DNA from: Rhodospirillales bacterium | GTDB lineage: Bacteria; Pseudomonadota; Alphaproteobacteria; Micavibrionales; Micavibrionaceae | Assembly (NCBI GenBank): GCA_020638175.1 | Contig: JACKJA010000002.1 | Location: 1,478,522-1,542,521, forward strand | DNA: 64,000 bases | Direction of reading: 5' to 3' | Shown: one piece after another, positions 8,745 through 18,940 of the stretch | Layout: every line of letters begins with the position of its first letter | Numbering within the stretch: position 1 is the stretch's first letter | The notes under the pieces: generated by a model | Database searches by the model: none | Told to the model about the DNA's origin: nothing | What the model saw: the letters and a program-made list of their open reading frames with translations, nothing else | Program-made: the position numbers and the translations under genes

Positions 8745-10142
8745 CTACATATGCACCGCTTTGCCGTACGCGTCCAGCGTGCTTTCGTGCATCATCTCGG
8801 ACAGGGTCGGGTGCGGGAAGACGGTGTGCATCAGCTCAGCCTCGGTGGTCTCCAGCGTCATGCCGATGCCAAAGCCCTGAATCAGCTCCGTGACTTCCGC
8901 GCCGATCATATGCGCGCCGAGCAGTTCCCCGGTCTTGGCGTCGTAAACAGTTTTGACCAGCCCCTCCGGCTCGCCCAGCGCAATCGCCTTTCCGTTGCCG
9001 ATGAACGGGAACCGGCCGACTTTGACGCTGTAACCCGCCTCTTTCGCTTTCGTTTCGGTCAGACCGACGCTTGCCACCTGCGGCATGCAATAGGTACAGC
9101 CCGGAATTTTCCGCGTATCAAGCGGGTGAACGTCTTTTTCGCCCGCAATCTTTTCCACACAGAGTATCCCTTCGTGCGACGCTTTATGCGCCAGCCACGG
9201 CGGCGCAGTGATATCGCCGATCGCATACACGCCCGGTTCATCCGTTGCGCACCACTCATTCGTCACAATATGCCCGCGGTCGGTTTTGACCTTGGTGTTC
9301 TCCAGACCGATATCCTCGATATTCGCCACGATCCCGACGGCGGAAATAACGCGGTCGACGCTCAAGGTTTCGGTTTTGCCACCCACCTCGATATGCGCCG
9401 TCACACTATCCTTGCCCTTGTCGAGCTTAGTGACCTTCGCCCCGGTCATGATCTTCATACCCTGCTTTTCAAACGCCTTTTTCGCAAAGGCCGAAATTTC
9501 TTCATCTTCGACCGGCAAAACGCGGTCCATCACCTCGACCACCGTCACATCAGCACCGAGGTTTTTAAAGAAGCTCGCAAATTCAATCCCGATCGCCCCG
9601 GATCCAATCACCAGCAGCTTTTTCGGCATCATGTCAGGCACCAGCGCCTCACGGTAGCTCCAGACAAATTTCCCATCCGGCTCCAGCCCCGGCAAAGCGC
9701 GGGCCCGCGCCCCGGTCGCAAGAATAATATTCTTGGCACTCAAGATTTCGATTTTGCCGTCTTTTTCGATCGCCACCTGCCCCTTGCCCTTCAAGCGCCC
9801 GTAACCGTCAAATACGGTCACCTTGTTCTTCTTGAGCAGATGTTTGACCCCGCCGGAGAGCTGGTTGGCCACCCCGCGCGAACGATCAACTATCGCTTTA
9901 AGATCAAACTCCAATCCTTTGATTTTAATTCCAAAATCATTAGAGTGCGTCATGTGGTGATACTGTTCACTGCATCGTAAAAGCGCCTTGGTCGGGATGC
10001 ACCCCCAGTTCAGACATATTCCGCCCAAATGGTTCGCCTCAATCAGCGCCACATTCATTTTCAGCTGTGCCGCGCGGATCGCCGCTACATAACCGCCCGG
10101 CCCACCGCCGATCACGATAAGGTCAAACACTTTGTCACTCAT
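8745..10142 (-). CDS. lpdA: Dihydrolipoyl dehydrogenase (E3)
   Basis: Has the GGGPGGY FAD motif, the redox disulfide GGICLNWGCIPTK and the C-terminal HPTLSE motif. 465 aa. Confidence 0.95.
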   Translation of the reverse strand: MSDKVFDLIVIGGGPGGYVAAIRAAQLKMNVALIEANHLGGICLNWGCIPTKALLRCSEQYHHMTHSNDFGIKIKGLEFDLKAIVDRSRGVANQLSGGVKHLLKKNKVTVFDGYGRLKGKGQVAIEKDGKIEILSAKNIILATGARARALPGLEPDGKFVWSYREALVPDMMPKKLLVIGSGAIGIEFASFFKNLGADVTVVEVMDRVLPVEDEEISAFAKKAFEKQGMKIMTGAKVTKLDKGKDSVTAHIEVGGKTETLSVDRVISAVGIVANIEDIGLENTKVKTDRGHIVTNEWCATDEPGVYAIGDITAPPWLAHKASHEGILCVEKIAGEKDVHPLDTRKIPGCTYCMPQVASVGLTETKAKEAGYSVKVGRFPFIGNGKAIALGEPEGLVKTVYDAKTGELLGAHMIGAEVTELIQGFGIGMTLETTEAELMHTVFPHPTLSEMMHESTLDAYGKAVHM

Positions 10143-10156
10143 CTCTTCTCATCCTC

Positions 10157-10993
10157 TCAAACCGCCAGCAATGCCAGCAAGTCATCTGTTTTATAGTTCG
10201 GCGTGTCATGGGCAATCAACCCCATATCAGGCCACGCATGATCCACATCGTCTATAACAATGTCACCCCGGCCGCCAATCGCCGCCCGGAAATCTTCCGT
10301 GTCCTTAAGTGTCAGCAGTTCATCATTCGCAACAACCAGATAACTCAGCTTTATATCCGGCGACAAACCATTTTTCACGCGCCCCGGCAAGCCCTTGTAA
10401 AAATCACCCAGCGTTTTCTGTATCTCAACAGGATCGTTCAGGGATACCTTCTGCGTAACCATAGGGTGAGCAATAAATTCGGGCCTCCACAGCCGCATGA
10501 TATCATCCGCGCGCCCCTCATTAACGCCCTGCGCCCCGGCATAAAGCAGCAGGGATTTCACATGTGGAAACGACTTATCACTATCGGACAACGCCTTCAG
10601 CGAAGATAACGCCCCAAAGCTGTTCCCGATCACATAGAGAGATGAATAATCATCATGAATAGCAGATAACAGATGAAACGGCTCGTCCAGCCATTCATCA
10701 ATCGTTGCAGGCCCGCCGCCGATATGCGTCTCCCCCGCCTTGCGCCCGTCATAAAGACGCACGCTGTTATTCACAAATGCCGGCCCGGTTGGGTCAGCCA
10801 GCTTAACGCCTTTATGCTTGATCACATAAACGTCATACCCCTGTGCTGCCAAAGCTCCGGCATGCCGCTGCTCAAACAGCGTTGCCCCCATCCCCGGAAA
10901 ACCGGGGCAAAAGACAATCGCCTGACCAGTTTTCTGATCGGGCTGAAAAAGCTGGGCTTCAACGCCGTTATGCTTTTGCCAGCTAACCCGCAT
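10157..10993 (-). CDS. Alpha/beta-fold hydrolase
   Basis: Has a GxSxG nucleophile elbow (VIGNSFGA). The ORF extends to 11071, but the Met at 10993 abuts the pdhC stop (10995-10997) and avoids an overlap. Confidence 0.6.
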   Translation of the reverse strand: MRVSWQKHNGVEAQLFQPDQKTGQAIVFCPGFPGMGATLFEQRHAGALAAQGYDVYVIKHKGVKLADPTGPAFVNNSVRLYDGRKAGETHIGGGPATIDEWLDEPFHLLSAIHDDYSSLYVIGNSFGALSSLKALSDSDKSFPHVKSLLLYAGAQGVNEGRADDIMRLWRPEFIAHPMVTQKVSLNDPVEIQKTLGDFYKGLPGRVKNGLSPDIKLSYLVVANDELLTLKDTEDFRAAIGGRGDIVIDDVDHAWPDMGLIAHDTPNYKTDDLLALLAV

Positions 10994-10994
10994 A

Positions 10995-12236
10995 TTACAC
11001 CAGCATCGCTGCGGGGTTTTCGATATAGCGCTTGAAAATCTGCAGGAACTCGGCCCCGACCGCCCCATCAACCGCGCGGTGATCGACCGACAGCGTACAG
11101 TTCATCACCGTCGCAATCTTGATCTCGCCCTTTTCAACGACCGGCTGCTGGATCCCCGCCCCGACCGCCAAAATGCAGGCTTGCGGCGGGTTGATAATCG
11201 CATCGAATTCCTTCACGCCATACATGCCAAGATTGGACACGGTAAACGTCCCCCCCTGAAACTCATGGGGTTTCAGCTTGCCTTCGCGCGCCCGGCCCGC
11301 GAGATCTTTCACCTCGTCGGAAATCTGGCGCAAGCCTTTTGTCTCGGCGGCAAACACAATCGGCGTAATCAACCCGTTCGGCGTCGACACCGCCACGGAG
11401 ATATCGGCATGGGTATACTGGCGCACAGCATCATCGCCCCAGCTGACATTGGCCGCCGGAAAAGCTTTAAGCGCCTGCGCCACAGCTTTCAGGACAAAGT
11501 CATTCACGGACAGCTTGTAAGCCCCGTTGGCATCGTCATTGATCTGTTTACGCGCCGCCATCAACGCGTCGATCCTGCATTCGACCGTCAGATAGAAGTG
11601 CGGCACTTGCTGCTTGGATTCCTGCAAACGCTTGGCCGTTACTTTCTTGATATTGTTGTTCGGAATATCGACATAAGCCTCGCCACTCGCCGCTACCGGC
11701 GCAGAAGCAACTGACACCGCTGCTGCCGGAACCGCGCCGGCCTTCGCCCCTTCAATATCCGCTTTCACGATCCGGCCGTGCGGACCGCTGCCTTTCACAT
11801 TCGACAGATCAACGCCCTTATCCGCCGCCAAACGCTTGGCCAGCGGCGAAGCGAAAATCCGCTCCCCGGTTTTTGCAGACACAGGTGCCGGAGCCGCAGC
11901 AACGGGTTTTTCCTCTTCAACCGGCCCTGGAGTCGCCGCGGCTGGCGCCGCCACAGGCGCGCTGGCTACCGCCCCGATATCACTTTCATCTTCCCCTTCT
12001 TCCAGCAACACGGCAATCGGCGCATTAACCGCCACCCCTTCGCTACCTTCCGGAACAAGGATCTTGGCGAGCTTTCCTTCATCGACCGCTTCGACTTCCA
12101 TTGTCGCCTTGTCGGTCTCGATTTCGCACAGCACGTCACCGGCTTCGATCATGTCGCCTTCCTTGGCGACCCATTTGGCAAGGTTACCCTCCGTCATCGT
12201 AGGCGACAGCGCAGGCATCAATACATGTGTTGGCAT
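10995..12236 (-). CDS. pdhC: Pyruvate dehydrogenase E2, dihydrolipoamide acetyltransferase
   Basis: Has a lipoyl domain ([11 protein letters not shown]), an Ala/Pro linker, a peripheral subunit-binding domain (SPLAKRLA) and the catalytic DHRxxDG motif (SVDHRAVDGA). Confidence 0.95.
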   Translation of the reverse strand: MPTHVLMPALSPTMTEGNLAKWVAKEGDMIEAGDVLCEIETDKATMEVEAVDEGKLAKILVPEGSEGVAVNAPIAVLLEEGEDESDIGAVASAPVAAPAAATPGPVEEEKPVAAAPAPVSAKTGERIFASPLAKRLAADKGVDLSNVKGSGPHGRIVKADIEGAKAGAVPAAAVSVASAPVAASGEAYVDIPNNNIKKVTAKRLQESKQQVPHFYLTVECRIDALMAARKQINDDANGAYKLSVNDFVLKAVAQALKAFPAANVSWGDDAVRQYTHADISVAVSTPNGLITPIVFAAETKGLRQISDEVKDLAGRAREGKLKPHEFQGGTFTVSNLGMYGVKEFDAIINPPQACILAVGAGIQQPVVEKGEIKIATVMNCTLSVDHRAVDGAVGAEFLQIFKRYIENPAAMLV

Positions 12237-12250
12237 CTCTCAAAAGTTCC

Positions 12251-12280
12251 TTGACATAATAAAAAGTATTATTTTATGGT
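12251..12280 (+). promoter_or_regulatory. Candidate sigma70-type promoter for the plus-strand micro-ORF cassette
   Basis: TTGACA at 12251-12256, an 18-nt AT-rich spacer, then TATGGT at 12275-12280. This is about 50 nt upstream of the ORF at 12330. The same 93-bp spacer must also hold the pdhC promoter on the other strand. Confidence 0.3.
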
Positions 12281-12329
12281 TCCCTCTTTATAAGCAAAGC
12301 CAATAAAAAAAGTAAGAGGGTAAAAGATC

Positions 12330-12536
12330 ATGGCAGGTAGAAAAACACGCTGCAACGCATCATCTGCGCCGACATCACTGAATGATTTCCTGCGCGCCAA
12401 CAAGATCACCGAACAACAAGCCAGAGACATCGCCACAGGCGCTCGCAACATACCGGGCAAAAAACCGGACGAAGTGCGCTCTATCAAAGTTGGCATCGGC
12501 CGATACGGCTTTGGCCACCAACTGACGAGAAAATAA
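12330..12536 (+). CDS. Small hypothetical protein (68 aa) with an XRE-like helix-turn-helix motif
   Basis: SD AAGAGGG lies 9 nt upstream of the ATG. The motif KITEQQARDIATGARNIPG resembles XRE helix 3 (I-x-x-G-x3-P). The composition is hydrophilic. Confidence 0.5.
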   Translation: MAGRKTRCNASSAPTSLNDFLRANKITEQQARDIATGARNIPGKKPDEVRSIKVGIGRYGFGHQLTRK

Positions 12537-12542
12537 AACTCC

Positions 12543-12818
12543 ATGAGCCGAACCAAAAAAAGAGAAAGCGGCAAGACCGCCGCCCAAAATCTAGTTGCCA
12601 GTCATTTCAGCCAGAATGACGCCGGCTTGCTGGGGGAAGGTTTGAGAGCCATTTTCGAACACCACAGCGCCCGTGCCATCGAGGACATCGCACAAAAAGC
12701 AAATCTTGACGGTGAACGGCTCCAACAACTCATGAACGACACAGACAACGCCGAACCGCTAACCAATCAGGAATTCAGCAATCTGGCCAAAGCCGTTACA
12801 AAATTTTTACACAAATAA
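12543..12818 (+). CDS. Small hypothetical protein (91 aa) with an XRE-like HTH motif
   Basis: Starts 6 nt after the previous stop. The segment IAQKANLDGERLQQLMNDTDNAEPLTNQEFSNLAKAV has an HTH-like periodicity. Confidence 0.5.
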   Translation: MSRTKKRESGKTAAQNLVASHFSQNDAGLLGEGLRAIFEHHSARAIEDIAQKANLDGERLQQLMNDTDNAEPLTNQEFSNLAKAVTKFLHK

Positions 12819-12846
12819 AACATCCAAATAGACAAAAGAGGAAAAA

Positions 12847-13020
12847 ATGAACGACAAAAAATCACCTGAAAGCAGCGCCCCCGCATTTGAAACTATGAAC
12901 GCCACGCGCATTGACACCACCCTTAAAAATGGGAATAAACCGAACGCAACGGCATGGGAAAAAGCCGCAGCGAAAGCAACGCTCAAAGGCATCAAAAAAG
13001 GCACTTTAAAACCTGTATAG
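12847..13020 (+). CDS. Small basic hypothetical protein (57 aa; below the ORF-track size cutoff)
   Basis: My own translation is MNDKKSPESSAPAFETMNATRIDTTLKNGNKPNATAWEKAAAKATLKGIKKGTLKPV. SD AAGAGGA lies 5 nt upstream. It is co-directional with, and 28 nt from, its neighbours. Confidence 0.4.
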   Translation: MNDKKSPESSAPAFETMNATRIDTTLKNGNKPNATAWEKAAAKATLKGIKKGTLKPV

Positions 13021-13048
13021 AAACGTCATCCAAAACAAGAGTTTTCAA

Positions 13049-13234
13049 ATGGCACAGGAAAATATCAGGGGAACATTCGGTATCGCCACGAGAACGGGCG
13101 TCACCTGTGAACAGGTCACAAGCATTGCGCATGGCCACACCCCGGGCAGTTTAACCAGAGCGCGCATCCGCAAGGTTCAACGTCTCCTTTCGGGGGAATC
13201 CGGAAAAGCCATCCGCCGCTTCAGCTTCTCTTAA
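13049..13234 (+). CDS. Small hypothetical protein (61 aa) with an XRE-like HTH motif
   Basis: GVTCEQVTSIAHGHTPG parallels the motif of the 12330 ORF. An AAGAG lies 8 nt upstream. The stop is 2 nt from the convergent pdhB stop. Confidence 0.45.
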   Translation: MAQENIRGTFGIATRTGVTCEQVTSIAHGHTPGSLTRARIRKVQRLLSGESGKAIRRFSFS

Positions 13235-13236
13235 GC

Positions 13237-14664
13237 CTACCGGTAACAAACCTCTTTGACAGCCGGAACAATAGTATCAACCTGCGGCAGCGCCAGACGC
13301 TCCAGATTTTTCGCGTAAGGGAGCGGCACATCGGCGGCGCAAACACGCTTGAGCGGCGCATCAAGATAGTCAAATGCCTGCTCGCCGACCAGCGCTGCAA
13401 TCTCGGAACCAATCCCGGCAAACGGCCAGCCTTCCTCAACACAGACAATCCGGTTGGTTTTCTTGACACTCTCCAGAATCGTCCAGCGATCCAGCGGCCG
13501 AATTGAGCGCAGATTAATCACTTCGGCATCAATGCCCTCTTCCGCCAGTTTTTGAGCCGCTTCCAGCGCCCGCCCGACCATCACCGAATGGGCCACGATC
13601 GTTACATCATTACCGGCACGCTCAATTTTTGCCCGCCCGATCGGAATCACGTAATCCTCATCGACCGGCACGTCAAAACTCTGACCATAAAGCATCTCAT
13701 GTTCCAGAAACATCACCGGATTGGGATCGCGGATCGCCGCTTTCATCAAACCCTTGGCATCCGCCGCCGACCACGGGGAAACAACCTTCATCCCCGGAAT
13801 ATGGGCATACCAGCTTGCATATTCCTGAGAGTGCTGCGCGCCCACCTGTGCCGCCGCGCCATTCGGACCGCGGAACACGATCGGACAGCCCATTTTGCCA
13901 CCCGCCATGTAAAGCGTCTTGGCCGCCGAGTTAATAATATGGTCACAGGCCTGCATGGCAAAGTTGATCGACATAAATTCGACAATCGGACGCAAACCGC
14001 GAAACGCAGCGCCCACAGCCATCCCCGTAAAGCCGTATTCGGTAATCGGCGTGTCAATCACACGCTTCGGACCGAATTCCTGCAACATACCCTGAGACAC
14101 TTTATAAGCGCCTTGATATTCGGCCACTTCCTCGCCCATCAGGAACACATCCGGATCACGGCGCATCTCTTCGCTCATCGCCGCACCCAGAGCTTCACGC
14201 ACCGTCATGCCTTGCGTGTTGGCCATAAATTTTTCTTCGTCAAACGGCGGCGGTTCAATAATCACGCCTTGCGCATAAAGAATATCACGGTCATCCACCG
14301 CCGCGCCCGCAGGCTGAGCCGCCACGGACATTTGCGGCAATTCGACAACATTGTCCGCGACAGGCGCCGCCACCGGGGCCGGTGCACCGGCAGCATCGGA
14401 AGAAATATCACCGGCGCTTTCACCATCTTCCAGCAAAACAGCAATCGGCGTGTTCACGGCAACACCTTCCGTGCCTTCGTCGATCAGCAATTTACCGATC
14501 ACACCTTCATCGACGGCTTCAACTTCCATCGTCGCCTTGTCCGTTTCGATCTCACACAAAACGTCACCCGGCGCAACTTTGTCGCCTTCCTTGACGGTCC
14601 ACTTCGCCAGATTTCCTTCTGTCATCGTCGGTGACAGGGCGGGCATCAATACTTGTACAGTCAT
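13237..14664 (-). CDS. pdhB: Pyruvate dehydrogenase E1 beta subunit with an N-terminal lipoyl domain
   Basis: 475 aa. It has an N-terminal lipoyl domain ([17 protein letters not shown]) followed by a transketolase-like pyrimidine-binding and C-terminal domain. This lipoyl-E1beta fusion is characteristic of Alphaproteobacteria. Confidence 0.95.
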   Translation of the reverse strand: MTVQVLMPALSPTMTEGNLAKWTVKEGDKVAPGDVLCEIETDKATMEVEAVDEGVIGKLLIDEGTEGVAVNTPIAVLLEDGESAGDISSDAAGAPAPVAAPVADNVVELPQMSVAAQPAGAAVDDRDILYAQGVIIEPPPFDEEKFMANTQGMTVREALGAAMSEEMRRDPDVFLMGEEVAEYQGAYKVSQGMLQEFGPKRVIDTPITEYGFTGMAVGAAFRGLRPIVEFMSINFAMQACDHIINSAAKTLYMAGGKMGCPIVFRGPNGAAAQVGAQHSQEYASWYAHIPGMKVVSPWSAADAKGLMKAAIRDPNPVMFLEHEMLYGQSFDVPVDEDYVIPIGRAKIERAGNDVTIVAHSVMVGRALEAAQKLAEEGIDAEVINLRSIRPLDRWTILESVKKTNRIVCVEEGWPFAGIGSEIAALVGEQAFDYLDAPLKRVCAADVPLPYAKNLERLALPQVDTIVPAVKEVCYR

Positions 14665-14668
14665 TTGT

Positions 14669-15700
14669 TTATTCCTCTACAGGGATCAGTGTATCGGTCC
14701 AAAGTTCGGCAGGCGCAGGCTCTGGCGATTGCTGGGCAAACTCGGCGGCTTCCGCCACGATTTGCTTCACTTCTCTTTCCAGCGCCTTAATATCGTCTTC
14801 CGCCATACCGTCAGCAATCAAACGCTCCTTGACAGTATTCAGCGCATCGCGCTCGTCTTTCATTTTTTGCAGCTCTTCCTTGGTCCGGTATTTGGCCGGA
14901 TCAGACATCGAATGCCCGCGATAGCGATAGGTTTTCATCTCCAGAAGATACGGCCCCTGACCGGAACGCACATAATCAACCGCACTGGAAACGGCTTCAC
15001 GCACCGTAAACAGGTCCATACCATCGACCTGCTCGCCCGGAATGCCAAACGGCTCGCCGCGGCGGTACAAATCGCCGGACGCATGACGGTTCAGCGCCGT
15101 TCCCATACTGTACTGGTTGTTCTCGATGATAAACAGGATCGGCAGCTTCCATAAAACCGCCATGTTAAAGCTCTCAAAGACCTGCCCCTGGTTGGCCGCC
15201 CCGTCGCCCATATAAGCAACGGCCACGCCGCCATCGTCGCGGTATTTGTGGGCAAAAGCCAGCCCCAGCCCCAGCGGCGCACTGGCACCAACAATCCCGT
15301 GCCCGCCATAGAAATTCCGGCTCTGGTCGAACAGGTGCATGGAACCGCCCTTCCCGGCGGAACTTCCCGTTGCCCGGCCTGTCAGCTCGGCCATAGCTTC
15401 CTTCGGGTCTCCGCCCGCAGCCAACAACGGCCCGCGTTCGCGGTATGTCGTAATAATGGTGTCTTTTCCTTTCTCCAGCACAGAATGCACGCCAACGGCG
15501 ACAGCTTCCTGCCCGATATAAAGGTGACAAAATCCACCGATCATCCCCATGCCATAGAGCTGCCCGGCCTTTTCGTCAAAACGGCGGATCAACACCATTT
15601 TGCGATAAAGCGCGGCCAATTCTTCAGTGGTCAAAGCCAGAGAATTCGATTGTCCAGATTTTTTCTTTTTAGCTGCGGCCACGGTTATCCCCCCATGCAA
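14669..15700 (-). CDS. pdhA: Pyruvate dehydrogenase E1 alpha subunit
   Basis: Has a TPP-binding motif (GDGAANQG...NN) and [11 protein letters not shown]. 343 aa. Confidence 0.95.
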   Translation of the reverse strand: MHGGITVAAAKKKKSGQSNSLALTTEELAALYRKMVLIRRFDEKAGQLYGMGMIGGFCHLYIGQEAVAVGVHSVLEKGKDTIITTYRERGPLLAAGGDPKEAMAELTGRATGSSAGKGGSMHLFDQSRNFYGGHGIVGASAPLGLGLAFAHKYRDDGGVAVAYMGDGAANQGQVFESFNMAVLWKLPILFIIENNQYSMGTALNRHASGDLYRRGEPFGIPGEQVDGMDLFTVREAVSSAVDYVRSGQGPYLLEMKTYRYRGHSMSDPAKYRTKEELQKMKDERDALNTVKERLIADGMAEDDIKALEREVKQIVAEAAEFAQQSPEPAPAELWTDTLIPVEE

Positions 15701-15826
15701 CAGGCTTACACGATAAACTCAGACAATGGAGGTACAACATTTTTCCGGCCAAGGCCAGCAGAAAAAATGCCTTGCTGCACCGCAACATGTTGATATTTAT
15801 GGATTTTTTAGATTACGGCAATTAAA

Positions 15827-16144
15827 TCAATGCTCTGGATAAACGATCATGTGATCGCCCGGATGGGCATAGCCCAAAACAATTTGCGCGCGCTCTTCCA
15901 GAAAGTCCCTGTCCAGCGTTCCCGGTCGCAGATCAACGACTTTACGCTCCAGCCCTTCCCGTTCGGTATGCAGGCTGTCATACTGCGCCGACACGCGCTC
16001 AACACTGGATTGCAGGGTAAAAAGACGAAAACAACTGCGCTCCCCGGCCAGAATATGCCAAGAAAAATAACAGCACAGCCCCAGCCCTAAAATGGCTAGA
16101 AAATTCTGCCGCAAGAAATAACGTTGTTCAATCAGTCGTTCCAT
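15827..16144 (-). CDS. ftsB: Septum formation initiator (FtsB/DivIC family)
   Basis: 105 aa with a single N-terminal TM helix followed by a coiled coil. Its position directly upstream of pdhA is conserved in Alphaproteobacteria. Confidence 0.75.
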   Translation of the reverse strand: MERLIEQRYFLRQNFLAILGLGLCCYFSWHILAGERSCFRLFTLQSSVERVSAQYDSLHTEREGLERKVVDLRPGTLDRDFLEERAQIVLGYAHPGDHMIVYPEH

Positions 16145-16277
16145 ACCCCCATCGAATCACAAACGAATCACCTTCGTCAATAGAGAAATTCAATAGAGTC
16201 AATGGGTTAAAAGAGAACAAAGCCAAAACATCCACAGCTAAGTGATTCTAATGATTCACAAATCACCAAAATACACG

Positions 16278-16898
16278 CTATAGCATTTTTTTGTCGGCCA
16301 CCGGCATTTCGTTCAGAACACGGTCCCGCGCCCGCTTCCATGTCTCTTCCGGCGCCCCGCCCCGGAAAATAACCGGATCGTAATCAATCGCATCCCACGC
16401 CCCTCTCACAATCTCGACATTGAGTTGCACGGGAAACCAGCCAGAATACCCGACATAAACGCGGGCATTGTCATACCAGTCGAGATGCTGCAGATAAGCC
16501 ATATCAACGCGCGTTCCGTCATTATCGTACGGATCCGGATAGATTTTTACCGCGCCGCTATCGCGATCCGTCCCGATCAGATACAAGCGCTCCGGATAAT
16601 CGACCGGCCCGCCGTAATAAACGGGAAGGGGAAAAGATTTTCCTTCCGGGAACAGGCGCGCCAGCTCATCGGGATCAAGCGGCTTGTTGACGATCATACC
16701 GAAAGCCCCGGACAGTTTATGACGAAACAGATAGATCACACTGCGGTCAAACACCCCGCCATGCCCGGAGCCGATCGACGGGCGCGCCACCAGCACACGG
16801 TCGGTATGACCGTTATACAGCCCTATCAGGCTCGGCAGCGCTATAAACAGCAGCCCGAGAAAAATATAGACTTTACCCCAGTATGGCGTTTGCTTCAT
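16278..16898 (-). CDS. YqgE/AlgH-family (UPF0301) protein with an N-terminal transmembrane segment
   Basis: FDRSVIYLFRHKLSGAFGMIVNKPL...YYGGPV...GYSGW matches the YqgE signature. A hydrophobic helix (VYIFLGLLFIALPSLIGLY) precedes it. Confidence 0.7.
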   Translation of the reverse strand: MKQTPYWGKVYIFLGLLFIALPSLIGLYNGHTDRVLVARPSIGSGHGGVFDRSVIYLFRHKLSGAFGMIVNKPLDPDELARLFPEGKSFPLPVYYGGPVDYPERLYLIGTDRDSGAVKIYPDPYDNDGTRVDMAYLQHLDWYDNARVYVGYSGWFPVQLNVEIVRGAWDAIDYDPVIFRGGAPEETWKRARDRVLNEMPVADKKML

Positions 16899-16916
16899 AG
16901 GCGGTCTCCCGCTGTT

Positions 16917-18380
<1,464 letters not shown>

Positions 18381-18457
18381 GCCGTCAAAACAATAGTCTT
18401 CTATCATGAGAATAAAAGCGATTCTACAGGGAAAATATAATTGATAACGAACGAGCT

Positions 18458-18602
18458 GATTTAATTGATATTCGAAGAGAAACGTGTCGAAAGGCCCGTG
18501 TTTCGAGAACCGGAAGCGTAAGTGTATAAAGAAATACATGCGCCCCGGAAGCGAAGAAACGCGGGACTTGCAGACCGTTTATCAATGAATATCAATTAAA
18601 TC
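18458..18602. repeat. 145-bp element bounded by perfect 16-bp inverted repeats (GATTTAATTGATATTC / GAATATCAATTAAATC)
   Basis: The arms are at 18458-18473 and 18587-18602. Inside there is a 9-bp direct repeat CCGGAAGCG (18510-18518 and 18545-18553) and small internal hairpins. No flanking target-site duplication is seen. Confidence 0.6.
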
Positions 18603-18886
18603 TAGGCTTCTGTGTCGACTTCCTGCCCCAGCAACGACGGCAAAACCATCCGCTCCGGCAGGCTGGCCCGCAACCCCTTGATAACCGTTTGCAATTCCTC
18701 GACGGAATACGCCCCGGTCGTCGTATTGGCAAACAACGTGTTGCTGTTGGTTGAGGATGAAGACAGGAAATCATTGATCAAAGCACGGGAACTCGCAGAT
18801 AGCCCCGGCGCGCCCCGAGGCGCATTACCTCGCCCCACAGAAAGCAGGCCGAGCGTATATTGTCCGCTATCCAGTAAAGAACTCAT
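18602..18886 (-). CDS. Hypothetical Ser/Thr/Leu-rich 94-aa protein
   Basis: An ORF with AAGGA about 13 nt upstream of the ATG. I recognise no family. Its stop codon lies inside the right arm of the inverted-repeat element. Confidence 0.3.
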   Translation of the reverse strand: MSSLLDSGQYTLGLLSVGRGNAPRGAPGLSASSRALINDFLSSSSTNSNTLFANTTTGAYSVEELQTVIKGLRASLPERMVLPSLLGQEVDTEA

Positions 18887-18940
18887 ATCCCGGAAATCCT
18901 TTCCAACGGTTCTTCGTTTCTACCTATTATTATAGAACGC

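Noticed and set aside
12040-12236. DNA and protein similarity between the 5' ends of pdhC (12040-12236) and pdhB (14470-14664).
   Set aside because: This is explained by both encoding homologous lipoyl domains ([16 protein letters not shown]...[17 protein letters not shown]), a known feature of alphaproteobacterial PDH. It is not a mobile or repeat element.
12269-12574. A 101-aa minus-strand ORF, together with the 12807-13004 (-) and 12954-13154 (+) ORFs, overlapping the micro-ORF cassette.
   Set aside because: Their translations are hydrophobic or low-complexity. I noticed no Shine-Dalgarno sequence for them. Each overlaps two of the better-supported, tightly spaced plus-strand ORFs. I cannot fully exclude them without expression data.
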